A stretch of DNA of 63,428 nt, filler included, from Octopus bimaculoides (GCF_001194135.2; 5 parts of 5 records of this genome joined end to end with filler, not necessarily neighbours in it); one strand, 5' to 3'; shown: positions 37,626 to 49,990, counted from the whole stretch's first letter. Notes: a model not told the origin generated them from the letters alone. Program-made: numbers and translations.

Positions 37626-38532
37626 TAGAGTATTTCACTGGTTAATGATGACGCAGCCTCACATAGGGGGCGCTGCAAAGATTAGAAAAACAACGATGGT
37701 GAAGCAATTGTCATATTTAATGAAAATAAGATGGTTTTTTCGACTTCTTTTTTAAAGCTTGTCCAACGTCAATGGCCAACAAGGAAGAATTATTTCGTTG
37801 TAAGGTTTATTTTGTTTGCTGATTAATAAAAGGAGTGGAGGGGCAGAACATTTCATTAACATTTTGTTGNNNNNNNNNNNNNNNNNNNNNNNNNNNNNNN
37901 NNNNNNNNNNNNNNNNNNNNNNNNNNNNNNNNNNNNNNNNNNNNNNNNNNNNNNNNNNNNNNNNNNNNNNNNNNNNNNNNNNNNNNNNNNNNNNNNNNNN
38001 NNNNNNNNNNNNNNNNNNNNNNNNNNNNNNNNNNNNNNNNNNNNNNNNNNNNNNNNNNNNNNNNNNNNNNNNNNNNNNNNNNNNNNNNNNNNNNNNNNNN
38101 NNNNNNNNNNNNNNNNNNNNNNNNNNNNNNNNNNNNNNNNNNNNNNNNNNNNNNNNNNNNNNNNNNNNNNNNNNNNNNNNNNNNNNNNNNNNNNNNNNNN
38201 NNNNNNNNNNNNNNNNNNNNNNNNNNNNNNNNNNNNNNNNNNNNNNNNNNNNNNNNNNNNNNNNNNNNNNNNNNNNNNNNNNNNNNNNNNNNNNNNNNNN
38301 NNNNNNNNNNNNNNNNNNNNNNNNNNNNNNNNNNNNNNNNNNNNNNNNNNNNNNNNNNNNNNNNNNNNNNNNNNNNNNNNNNNNNNNNNNNNNNNNNNNN
38401 NNNNNNNNNNNNNNNNNNNNNNNNNNNNNNNNNNNNNNNNNNNNNNNNNNNNNNNNNNNNNNNNNNNNNNNNNNNNNNNNNNNNNNNNNNNNNNNNNNNN
38501 NNNNNNNNNNNNNNNNNNNNNNNNNNNNNNNN

Positions 38533-38772
38533 AGTACTTATTCTATCGGTTTCTTTTGCCGAACCGCTAAGTTACGGGGACGTAAACACACCAGCATCGG
38601 TTGTCAAGCGATGTTGGGGGGACAAACACAGACACACAAACACGCATATATATACATATACATATATACGACGGGCTTCTTTCAGTTTCCGTCTACCAAA
38701 TCCACTCACAAGGCTTTGGTCGGCCCGAGGCTGTAGTAGAAGACACTTGCCCAAGGTGCCACGCAGTGGGAC
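38533..38772 (-). mobile_element. SINE family B central part
   Basis: Near-identical reverse complement of 10095-10330. Confidence 0.92.
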
Positions 38773-39861
38773 TTGTGGTCTGGGGTTTCTTGGAGAATTG
38801 TTGGTCTTAGAGGGCACACAACGGTCACGATCATTCCGCCTTACCCCGTCACCCACCTTCTATGACTAATTAATTGTAGAAAAGTATCGTGCGCGTGTAT
38901 ATATATACTGTGTGTGTGAAACTACTGTATGTATATATATAAAAAAAAACGGGAATAATATAAGGAAAAGAAATTCCACGCTGAGGACGAACGGAGTCTG
39001 ACAATATCAATCTCCACTGCCAAAAATGTATGTGTGCGTGTGTATGTTAGTGTATATGCGAGTGGATGTGTGTGTGTGTGTGTGTGTGTGAGGATATGCA
39101 TTTATGTATGTGTGTGTGTGTGCGTGCGTGTATATGTATATATACACACACACACACACAGACGCACACACATATATATACATACACACAGATACGGAGG
39201 AAATATGTTTGTGCATGTGTGTGTATGCGTGCGCGCGAGCAGCATGTTCACTCATACACACATACGCGCACACTCACACATACGCGCACACACTCACACA
39301 TACACACAGATGGTAGATAACAAATGATCAGGTTTTGGACGAAAAGGAAAGAGAAAGAAAGAAAGGTGAGGAGAGGAGGGGAGGGGAGAGAGAGAACACT
39401 GAAAGCGAAAGTAATTAATGGAAAAGGAAAGAAAGAAAGAAGAGAATGAGTAGAGATAAAAAAGGAAGAGGAAAACAATGAATGGATGATAGTGAGGGGA
39501 GGGGAAATGTGTGTAGGGAAGGAGGGAAGATTGGTAGTGGTGGAGGTGATGGTGTCTGAGACGGTGTTGTTGTTGTTGTTTTGTTAGAGATTGTTTAAAA
39601 TTCCTGTTGGAGGCCAGAAAAGAATAGAATAAAAAAAGACATCGTTAAATTTTCGGGAGAAACACCGTCTCACATTTGGCTTCTCCATCTCTAGCAATTT
39701 ATTATTGTTGATCTTGTTGATGTTGTTGTGTTGGTGGTGGTGTTCACGTAGTTATTTTTGTAATGTTGCTGTTGTTGTTGTTGTTGTTAAGTGGAATTGG
39801 TGGCACTGCAGGTGGCTTGTTGTTTTTAATCATCACCATCAGCAACATCATCACCACCACC

Positions 39862-39892
<31 letters not shown>

Positions 39893-39942
39893 CCACTATC
39901 ATCAAAACTTTTAGAATTTCTGATGTTGATGATATTGACGTC

Positions 39943-40057
39943 TGGCGGAATCGTTAAACACGTCGGACAAAAGTGCTTAGCGCTATTTTCGTTTGTCTCT
40001 TACGTTCTGAGTTCAAATTCCGCCGAGGTTGACTTTGCCTTTCATCGTTTCGGGATA
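39943..40057 (+). mobile_element. SINE family A 5' half
   Basis: GAGTTCAAATTCCGCCGAGGTTGACTTTGCCTTTCATC. Confidence 0.85.
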
Positions 40058-40081
40058 TTAATAATAATAATAATGATAATA

Positions 40082-40260
40082 ATTTTGGCATAAGTCGGCA
40101 GTTTCGGGAAAAGGGCTAAGTCGATAACATCGACATCAGTATATCCCTGGTACTTATTTTATCGATCCCGAAAGGATGAAAGGCAATGTCAACCTCTGCA
40201 GAATTAGGGCTCAAAACATAAAGACGGACAATATTTTTAGCAGCATTTTGTCCGGCGCGC
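40082..40260 (-). mobile_element. SINE family A
   Basis: CTGGTACTTATTTTATCGATCCCGAAAGGATGAAAGGCAA on the plus strand. Confidence 0.82.
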
Positions 40261-40261
40261 T

Positions 40262-40432
40262 TTAATAAACCTTTCTACTGGAGGCACAGGGCCTGAAATT
40301 TGGTGGGAGAGGACTAGTCGATTACGTCGACCCCGGTGTTCCACTGGTACTTAATCTATTGACCTCGGAAGGATGAAAGGCAAAATCGACCTCGGCGGAA
40401 TTTGAATCCAGAACGTAACGACGTGCGAAATG
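40262..40432 (-). mobile_element. SINE family A
   Basis: GGATGAAAGGCAAAATCGACCTCGGCGGAATTTGAA on the plus strand. Confidence 0.85.
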
Positions 40433-41924
40433 CCGGTTCCAGCTCCAAGAATGCTCGATTGAACTAACAAACCTAAGATCAAAAACATTTCAGCCATGAC
40501 CATCCCGTTGACCATTGTGTCCTTCCTTCGGCCTTATCATAACATGCGATCTCAGCGAAACTATCCGGTATTTCTAGCAGATCTAGAGCTCACGTAAAAG
40601 GCTTCCTTGTAGACTCAGGTGAGGCCGCTTATTAGCAGTGATGGCGGTGATGGCGGTGGTGGCGGTGGTGGCCTCGGTGGCGGCTTGTTTTTCTTCCGAG
40701 TTAAAATTGATGATGCTATTCGCAATGGTGGTATTGGTGGTATTCAGGCGAGTGGGGATAAGTGTGTGTGTGTGTGGGGGGGGGGTTTAGGATTTTTGCA
40801 GAGTTAAAATTGATGGTGTTATTTGCAGCGGCGGCAGAGGTGATGTTGGTGATATTGATATTTGNNNNNNNNNNNNNNNNNNNNNNNNNNNNNNNNNNNN
40901 NNNNNNNNNNNNNNNNNNNNNNNNNNNNNNNNNNNNNNNNNNNNNNNNNNNNNNNNNNNNNNNNNNNNNNNNNNNNNNNNNNNNNNNNNNNNNNNNNNNN
41001 NNNNNNNNNNNNNNNNNNNNNNNNNNNNNNNNNNNNNNNNNNNNNNNNNNNNNNNNNNNNNNNNNNNNNNNNNNNNNNNNNNNNNNNNNNNNNNNNNNNN
41101 NNNNNNNNNNNNNNNTCTGCCAGAAATCTTCTTCTTCCTCTTCTTCTTCTCTTCCACTTCTGTTTTATATAATTTCGGCTGATGCCTCCTGGCAGCCAAC
41201 TGGAAGAAGAGGAGAAACAGAACGAAAATGAAATCCTTCTTGACGTAAGAAAACGCTGTGAAAAACAAGAGCAAAACCTATACATACATACACGTGTATA
41301 TAAATATATATATATATATATATACACACACATATGTACTTATAATGAAATCTACGTTGGCTGTAAAAAAATTGAATTAAATATAAAACAAATAAATAAA
41401 ATTGAAAAAAAAACACGAGGAATACAAAAGAAAGAAGAGAAACGAACAGAAGGGGATTGCCGAATATGGCAACTCTTTCACTCTGGAGAGAATGTGATGG
41501 AATTATTTGAATAATGTTTTGCGATTAATCATCAATAGAATGACGAGTTAACGAGGGATGGTTTACTCTCTTAGTCGTCTATTATAATTCCATTCCGTCT
41601 TGGATGTTTTGTACTTTAGTCGCAGACACTCTATTATAATTCCATTCCTATCCTGGATGTTTCGTGGGTTACACTTAATCTTCTATTTTAATTCCTTTCA
41701 CATCTTAGAAAGTTTAGTATCTTCATCTTCCTTCTTTTTCTTCTGTTATGATTCCATTTCCTTCTACGGTGTCTTATATTTTAGTTTCGGCCATTTTCCC
41801 TTTTTTTTTTTTACCAACGAATCCTTTTGGTTCTCATTTTTCACTCGAATGGAGGAGCCCCAGAGCCATTCGTTGTTTAAAATAATCATATTATATTTTT
41901 GTGATTAAATTCTTTTTTGTTCTT

Positions 41925-42190
41925 TTGCTAGTTTCAGTCGTTTGACTACGGCCATGCTGGAGCACCGCCTTGAAGAAGTTTTAGTCGAATGAATCGACCC
42001 CAAGACTTAGTTTTTAAAACCTAGTATCTATTCTCTTGGTCTCTGTAACCGAACCGCTAAGTTACGATTGTCAAGCGGTGATGGAACAAACACAGACACA
42101 AAGACACACACACACACACATACCAAATCCACTCGGAAAACTTTGGTCGGCCCGATGTTACAGCAGAAAACACTTGCCCAAGGTGACACG
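41925..42190 (-). mobile_element. SINE family B with internal deletions
   Basis: Reverse-complement tail and CORE-like motifs. Confidence 0.85.
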
Positions 42191-42599
42191 CACACACACA
42201 TAGAGGCACAAATATGTGATTTATTGTGAAATGGCGGCGGTGGTGGGGGAAGTGAAGCTAAAAGACTCTCTGTGTCTAAATGTTTGGTGTCTGTGTGTTT
42301 GTATGTTTGTGTGTGTTTGGGCGTCTGTTTGTTTACGCCCGCGCGCGAACGTTCACACACTCGCGACGTACATACATTAACCTGTTTGCCAGCCTGACCG
42401 ACTCACTGACTCACTGACTTACTGACTCATTGCTGTGTTGTTTGATTAATGACGGAAATCGGAGTCAGCACAAGGTCAGCGTCTCAGTCGATATATGTCT
42501 GCTTCTCACATGGAGGGAACCATAACAGATGGCCTGCTTATATTTAAGATATATCGTTTATTTGTTGCTGTTGTTGTTCATGTTGGTGGTGGAGTTTGG

Positions 42600-43790
42600 C
42601 CTGGGTCATCTCTCAAAGCAATCAGAAGCATTCCAGCCGTAGCCACCCCCTCTGTTTCTTTACGTTTAGCAGCTGTGGCAACAGACGACCTTTTTTATAC
42701 GAAGATATACCTGTTATTATGGATGTTATTGTCGTTGTTGTTGGTGGTGGTCGTGGGAGGAGGTTAACTAGGTCATCTCTCAATGAATACACATTTGGTC
42801 CAAAGCATTCCAGTCGTGACTCTCCCTTCTGCTTCTTTACGTTTAGCAATTATGACAACAGACGACCTTTCTATACGAATACTTACCTGTTATTATGGAT
42901 GTTACTGTCATTGTTGGTGGAGGTGATCGTGCAGGTGGTTAACTAGGTCAGCTCTCAATGCAATCAAAATCATTCCAGTCGTGGCCATCCACTCTGTTTC
43001 CTTACGTTTAGCAATTGTGGTAACAGACGACCTTTCTATACGAAGACATACCTGTTATTATCGATGTTACTGTCATTGTTGTTGGTGGTGGTCGTGGGGA
43101 TGGTTAACTAGGTCAGCTCTCAACGTAATGAAAAGCATTCCAGGCATGGCTATCACCTCTGTCTCTTTATGGTAAACAGCTGTAACAACAGATGATCTGT
43201 TTATGAATATGTTATTATCAGTGTTACTGTTGCTAATGTTGTTGGTGCTCGTGGTGGTTAACTAGGTCAGCCCTCAATGAGTATACATATCATCAAAAGC
43301 ATTCCAGCTGTGGCCACCACCTCTGTCTCTTTACGTTTAACAGCTGTAACGACAGGGGGGCGGGGCTTCCTTATATTTATTGTTATCGATGATCTTGTTG
43401 TGGTGGTTAGCCTAGATCTGCCTTCAATGAATAGACATGATGAAAGGGCATTCCAGCTGTGACCATCGCCTCTGATTCTTTTCATATAAGAGCTGTAGCA
43501 ATATATGTATATAAAGAGACTCACCTGTTGTTACAGATCTTAAATGAAAAGAATCAGAGGTGATGGTCACAGCTGGTATGCCTTTTGTTATTACCGGTGT
43601 TACTTTGTTGCCGTTGTTGTTGTTGTCTAGCCTAGGTCAACCTTTAATGAGAAGACATACGATCAGAAGCATTCTAGGGGTCACCATTACGTCTGGTTCT
43701 TCATGCTTAGCAGCTGTAACAACGGACGATGTCCTTAAATGGAAATATGTTTCTTATTGGTATGACTGTTGTTGTTGTCGGAGGTGGTAT
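42600..43790. repeat. Degenerate minisatellite of about 150-175 bp, about 7 units
   Basis: GGTCA anchors at about 42604, 42771, 42946, 43111, 43265, 43415 and 43635, each followed by AAGCATTCCAG..TTTACGTTTAGCA..ACAGACGACC. Confidence 0.92.
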
Positions 43791-43794
43791 TTAG

Positions 43795-44115
43795 ACACCT
43801 GGGCAAGTGTCTTCTACTATAGCGTCGGGCCGACCAAAGTCTTGCCAGTGGATTTGCTAGACGGAAACTGAAAGAAGCCCGTCGTATATATATGTATGTA
43901 TATGTTTGTGTGTTTGTTTCTTAATGTCCCCCTCATCACTTGACAACCGATGTTGGTTTGTTTACGTCCCCGTAACTTAGTGGTTCGGCCTAAGAGACCG
44001 AAAGAATAAGTACTAGGCTCACGAAGAGTAAGTCCAGGGGTCGATTTCTTCGACTATAAGGCGGTGGCTCCAGTATGGCCATAGTCAAACTGATTGAAAC
44101 AAGTAAAAGGATAAA
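43795..44115 (+). mobile_element. SINE family B lacking its head
   Basis: CCTGGGCAAGTGTCTTCTACTATAG through TGAAACAAGTAAAAG. Confidence 0.9.
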
Positions 44116-44374
44116 GGAAAGAAAGAAAAAATATATATGAACACACAGGCAGAGATGCAAACACAATAAGACGCACGCATACACACACACACGTCGTCAG
44201 ACAGATACACACCGGTCGTTGATCGTTGTCTAACATCACATGTCATTCTTCCGTTATCTTATTTTCTACTAACAAGAAAAGCGATAGCTATTTTCCTAAC
44301 ACATACACACACACACACACTGTCGGATATACTTTCAGAAAGTCACATGATATTATGAGTCAACGAGGGAGCCG

Positions 44375-44612
44375 GTACGTGGTCGATCGGCCTGCTGGAT
44401 ATAGCAGCCGAATCCCTCAAATCATACGCCAGTGTCTTAACAAAGGGGAGAGGGCCATATTGGACGATAGCTTTTAGGTCTCCAGTTTAGGCAAGCGACC
44501 ACGCCCTGGGAGGGGAGGACATGCTGTAGCACAGCCTTCGATATCCTCACAACGACTTTGACCATGGATCTGCTCGATCCAAAGTCAGCCTGGGGTTAAA
44601 TAACAATAACGT
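44375..44612 (+). mobile_element. SINE-like family F 3' part with (AAC)-type tail
   Basis: CTGCTGGATATAGCAGCCGAATCCCTCAAATCA (related fragment at about 35945-36000); ends CCTGGGGTTAAATAACAATAAC. Confidence 0.55.
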
Positions 44613-44658
44613 GATACATTATCTTGTTTTTCATACGTACAAACACACACACGCAGGG

Positions 44659-44690
<32 letters not shown>

Positions 44691-44803
44691 NNNNNNNNNN
44701 NNNNNNNNNNNNNNNNNNNNNNNNNNNNNNNNNNNNNNNNNNNNNNNNNNNNNNNNNNNNNNNNNNNNNNNNNNNNNNNNNNNNNNNNNNNNNNNNNNNN
44801 NNN

Positions 44804-44843
<40 letters not shown>

Positions 44844-45514
44844 ACGCATATATATATATATCCACGCAGACATGCACACGCAATACATTCCTGCACACTG
44901 ACGTGTACACATATACATACATGCACAAAGTCATATACTCACGCGTACACTGATACACACACGTTTATGCTCATATATAAACATTCTCACCAACACACAT
45001 TCCCATACATTGGTGTGCACGTACACTCGTACAGACATTCACTCACACACATACATACATACATGCACTTACACGCATACACACTTACACACACATACAT
45101 ACATAAATGCACTCTTACGCACATACACATTTACACACGCACGCATACACAAATGCACACGTACACACATATGCACTAAGACAAACACATACGCACTTAC
45201 ACACACACACACGTGCTTACTGTACCAACGCGATGCTTTTGATTCTCTCTTAGGCTGAATGCGGTTTTTTTTTTTCTTTTTTGTTCAAATATTTTCAGAG
45301 GAAGGAAGAAAGGGTTGAAAGAAGCATCGACATAGCTTTTTAACATCCAAGAACAAAGAGTTTCGACAGAAGAAAGAAATACGCTAGCACACACACACAC
45401 ACACACGCGCCCTAACCCACGTGGGTTTTCTTGTTGGCTCTCATCTCATTTTCATTTCTTTTCTTCTCTACTTTAGTTTCCTTCTCTTTCCTGTGTCTCT
45501 TGAACTTGCCTCCT

Positions 45515-45550
45515 GTGTCCGACGAAAGACTATATCCGAAACGTTATACT
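45515..45550 (+). ncRNA. Degenerate minimal type I hammerhead-like motif (Penelope-LTR type)
   Basis: GTGT-CCGACGA-A-AGActataTCC-GAAACGTT-ATAC: stem I GTGT/ATAC, core with U4C, palindromic ACGT stem III. Confidence 0.45.
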
Positions 45551-45662
45551 CGTACTTTAGAANNNNNNNNNNNNNNNNNNNNNNNNNNNNNNNNNNNNNN
45601 NNNNNNTTAATTAATTAANNNNNNNNNNNNNNNNNNNNNNNNNNNNNNNNNNNNNNNNNNNN

Positions 45663-45843
45663 TGGCCTGTCGATTCTTTGGCTACTGACAGCTAATACCA
45701 TGACTGGCCGGGCGAGCTACATGTCGGTCTGTCTCTCTCTCTATCTATCACTCGAAAGTTATTGGAACAAATTTGACACCTATATCCATGCGTTTGAAAA
45801 CACACAGAGTATAAGGGTACTACTAAAGCAGAGTGGTCCCGAA
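45663..45843 (+). mobile_element. Non-autonomous Helitron copy, 3' end cut inside the hairpin
   Basis: Inverted near-identical match to 45944-46129. Confidence 0.7.
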
Positions 45844-45915
45844 TTTTCAACAGAGAGAATTTATCAAAATAAAAAACAAATGAAGTTTAAAAATAATAGG
45901 ATCGACCACTCATGA

Positions 45916-46325
45916 CTAGCTAGCCCGGACGCGCGACTGCGCGTTCGGGACCACTCTGCTTTAGTAGTACCCTTATACTCTGTGTGTTTGCAAACGCATA
46001 GATATAGGTGTCAAATTTGTTCCAATAACTTTCGAGTAATAGATAGATAGATAGAGAGAGAGACAGACAGATAGCTCGCTCCGGCCAGTCATGGTATTAG
46101 CTGTCAGTAGCCAAAGAATCGACAGGCCAGCAACAGGCATGCAGGCAGACAGACAGATACTTCACTAGCAGTGAGCACTTTCACTTCTGACAGCTAATAG
46201 CATGACAGTGCCAATAATTAACAATTTTGCCAAGTAGTTCAGTATGAAAAAACCTTTATCGGTAAAACCATTTATCATCATAAATATACAGGGATTAGCA
46301 TTGAGTTGCTTCTCCAACATACTGA
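45916..46325 (-). mobile_element. Non-autonomous Helitron with intact 3' terminus
   Basis: 11-bp GC hairpin at 45924-45949 (4-nt loop) followed by CTAGCTAG|T on the minus strand; internal (TCTA/TGTC)n; 5' extent uncertain. Confidence 0.7.
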
Positions 46326-47337
46326 AAATTTAGAAATAGCAGTCANNNNNNNNNNNNNNNNNNNNNNNNNNNNNNNNNNNNNNNNNNNNNNNNNNNNNNN
46401 NNNNNNNNNNNNNNNNNNNNNNNNNNNNNNNNNNNNNNNNNNNNNNNNNNNNNNNNNNNNNNNNNNNNNNNNNNNNNNNNNNNNNNNNNNNNNNNNNNNN
46501 NNNNNNNNNNNNNNNNNNNNNNNNNNNNNNNNNNNNNNNNNNNNNNNNNNNNNNNNNNNNNNNNNNNNNNNNNNNNNNNNNNNNNNNNNNNNNNNNNNNN
46601 NNNNNNNNNNNNNNNNNNNNNNNNNNNNNNNNNNNNNNNNNNNNNNNNNNNNNNNNNNNNNNNNNNNNNNNNNNNNNNNNNNNNNNNNNNNNNNNNNNNN
46701 NNNNNNNNNNNNNNNNNNNNNNNNNNNNNNNNNNNNNNNNNNNNNNNNNNNNNNNNNNNNNNNNNNNNNNNNNNNNNNNNNNNNNNNNNNNNNNNNNNNN
46801 NNNNNNNNNNNNNNNNNNNNNNNNNNNNNNNNNNNNNNNNNNNNNNNNNNNNNNNNNNNNNNNNNNNNNNNNNNNNNNNNNNNNNNNNNNNNNNNNNNNN
46901 NNNNNNNNNNNNNNNNNNNNNNNNNNNNNNNNNNNNNNNNNNNNNNNNNNNNNNNNNNNNNNNNNNNNNNNNNNNNNNNNNNNNNNNNNNNNNNNNNNNN
47001 NNNNNNNNNNNNNNNNNNNNNNNNNNNNNNNNNNNNNNNNNNNNNNNNNNNNNNNNNNNNNNNNNNNNNNNNNNNNNNNNNNNNNNNNNNNNNNNNNNNN
47101 NNNNNNNNNNNNNNNNNNNNNNNNNNNNNNNNNNNNNNNNNNNNNNNNNNNNNNNNNNNNNNNNNNNNNNNNNNNNNNNNNNNNNNNNNNNNNNNNNNNN
47201 NNNNNNNNNNNNNNNNNNNNNNNNNNNNNNNNNNNNNNNNNNNNNNNNNNNNNNNNNNNNNNNNNNNNNNNNNNNNNNNNNNNNNNNNNNNNNNNNNNNN
47301 NNNNNNNNNNNNNNNNNNNNNNNNNNNNNNNNNNNNN

Positions 47338-47368
<31 letters not shown>

Positions 47369-47580
47369 TTGTGTATCTGTGTTTGTCCCCCCCACCATCA
47401 CTTGACAACCGATGCTGGTGTGTTTACGTCCCCGTAACTCAGCGGTTCGGCAAAAAGAGACCGATAGTATAAGTACTAGGCTTACAAAGAATAAGTCCTG
47501 GGGTCGATTTTCTCGACTAAAGGCGGTGCTCCAGCATGGCCACAGTCAAATGATTGAAACAAATAAAAGAGTAAAAAAGT
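47338..47580 (+). mobile_element. SINE family B 3' half
   Basis: Starts in the internal (TA)n next to the gap; canonical tail. Confidence 0.9.
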
Positions 47581-47992
47581 ATTAGGTTTTTTTTTTGTTT
47601 TTTTTTTGTTTTTTGTTAAATCATTTCATTGCACCCTTGCAACCTCTTCAGTAACCCGTCTCTCCACTTCCATTTATTTTGAACGTATGATTGAGCGTTA
47701 TTTTGAAATTGTCCGGTATGAGCATGTGAGTGTGTGCACGCTCGTATGCGTGCGTGCTTATATGTAAGTATGTGCGTCCATATGTGTGTTTGTTAAATTT
47801 CATTCATATCAGATAAGATAGAGACTTTGGACTTGGTTTTGTACACATACGAAAAAAGACCATTATTATTTTTATTTTCTTCAGTTTTCTTAGTTGGTGA
47901 AAGAATTTGCCGAGCTCGCACCGAACTTTTCAAGTGAAAAATAGATAAGAAGGGGTGGTAATTACTAAACTAGAATTATTAAATTAGAATCA

Positions 47993-48583
47993 CAGTGATT
48001 ACTTCGCAGAACGAGCTAAATTCATTCTATACCCGAGCTCGTTTTACGATTTACTTCGTTTTAGAAATCAATTTTCCCCATTGAAATTATCTAAAATATA
48101 ATTAATCCGTTCCAGCCCCCACTTCAAGTCACCCCAAAATAACTTTTTATGGGTTTTAAAACAGAAAAGTTGTAGTTACAAGTGAAGTGACAATTATAAA
48201 AAAAGAGACTGCAAAAGAAATATGTAAACTGGTTTTATTAACTGAATGGCCTTAAAGATGGGACGATTTGTGCGCGAGGAAGACGATAGAACGGGAAGGA
48301 GAAGGATTGCTGTTTGGAAGAAGAATCATCTTCCATTAAGACTTCAGGAAGAACAATTTCTGGCGTTTTCTATCTCACTTCGCTTAATTTAGGCTTTTCG
48401 GACACACTTTCTTCACTTTTTACACTTGCCGGCCGTTTCATTAGAAACTTATCAAAAGAAGTCTGCCTTTCAAAATGTTGCGAAAACTCGCCAGAGCAGC
48501 TGTACGACCTGTAGCTACTTTTACAGGATGGTAATTTTCTACAAATTCAGAAACATACTACCACTTTACCAACACTGCCATTA
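47993..48583 (-). mobile_element. Tigger-like transposon 3' part (transposase C-terminus and degenerate terminus)
   Basis: MAVLVKW*YVSEFVENYHP...QTSFDKFLMKRP...PEVLMEDDSSSKQ; subterminal TCAATTTTCCCCATTGAAAT..AATTAATCCGTTCCAG. Confidence 0.8.
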
Positions 48584-49384
48584 CCGTAAATCCTCGAGTA
48601 TAATCCGCATTTTTTCCCTCAAATTTAAAGGTCAAAATCCCTAGTGCGTACTATATACGAGGTTAAAAATGAAAAATATTTCTTAAGCAATGTCCGAGTC
48701 TCTATTTACTGTTCGGCAATGTTTATTCAGACGCATTTTGTGATGTCGGGCGCGAAAATACCTTCAGCTAAGCCTGAAAGCAATGAAGTCATAAAAGAAT
48801 CATCCATAACTTATAGTAAGCAACATTTATTAATATAAAAGTGTTGTATATCGTCTGCACTGGATGGTACTCAGGATGACGTTGTATGGAAAGATGAAAT
48901 AAATAAAAGTGAATCTTCTGATGTTGACTATGAATCTGACAATGACGGAGATTTACACTACAATGATGCTGACATGTTTACGGAGGAACAAATGGAACAG
49001 TTATTTGATGTTGAAAGTGACGTTGAATTTGAAGGATTTGAATAAATATTTTTGCTTTTGCTTTTGTAACTGATAGTGATAAATATGTAAAGGCTATTTA
49101 CTTAATATTTATTTTTCAATTACGTTATTACTGTTATTTCTTAATTTTCTGCAAACAGTGCGCAAAAAAGCTACACGTTTGCATTATGTCATATATATAC
49201 AATAATAATAAAGGACGTTATCGTATATATGTTTACAAAGCAAGGACGTTATATAGACCTCCTTGACTCAAGTTAGAGAAGGGGTGCGTATTATACACAA
49301 GGTTTAGGTTTTTCAGAGGTACAGCCCCCTCAAAAATCCCCTGCGTTTTATACTCAAGGGCGGACTATACTCGAGGATTTACGG
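48584..49384 (+). mobile_element. Tc2/pogo-group non-autonomous DNA transposon (801 bp)
   Basis: 25-bp TIR CCGTAAATCCTCGAGTATA(A/G)TCCGC (24 of 25), TA TSD; remnant KCCISSALDGTQDDVVW...VEFEGFE* at 48839-49045. Confidence 0.93.
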
Positions 49385-49990
49385 TATGTCACTCGTAGAG
49401 ATAGCATTTTCCGCTACAATGTCCTCCACCGGGGAATCAATCTCTTCCACCGCATCCAAATGCTGCTGCTTCTGAAGCTGAAGGAGCTCCTCTGGGTGTT
49501 CCTCGACGAGATCGTTAACGTCCTTATCATCTGCCTCGAGGCCCATTACAGGTGTCTCAGACTCAAACCCCACGCAGTCGCTTTCCGAAACCACAATTTT
49601 CTTCATGCAGAATTCAGCGTTCTTCTCGTTACACCCTGCCGGGCCATATCGATGATTTTCCGGCAGTTTACAATGTTGTAGTGCTTCTTTCCGAAATTCA
49701 CGAAGGGTTAGATTTGTATTTTCGGTGACTTCAAAGCACTGACGAAACAGGTGTTTGGTGTGCAATTTCTGAAAATTAAAGATCAGCAGTTGGTCCATGG
49801 GCTGCGTGAAAAGTACAGAACTTTTATGAATTTAAATTCGTCCAGGATATAATCTTCGAGGTTAGGAGGGTGAGCAGGAGAATAATCGAGAAGAAGATCG
49901 TTCTCCAGAAGGTACTTTTACATTGCTGGTCCGAAGACAAGTTTGACCCACTCGATGAAGAATTACCTGGTGACCCAGGCTTCAACGTTT
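49385..49990 (-). pseudogene. Tigger/TIGD1-like DDE transposase remnant
   Basis: AWVTR*FFIEWVKLVFGP..KYLLE..LLLDYSPAHPP..QPMDQ..FNFQKLHTKHLFRQCFEVT..LTLREF..MGLEADDKDVNDLVEEH. Confidence 0.92.

Noticed and set aside
42720-43130. Tandem Thr/Pro mini-exon array on the minus strand
   Set aside because: Candidate exons are 57, 56 and 56 nt, so frame is not kept; acceptors are poor; and the tract is better explained as a degenerate (AAC)n SINE tail.
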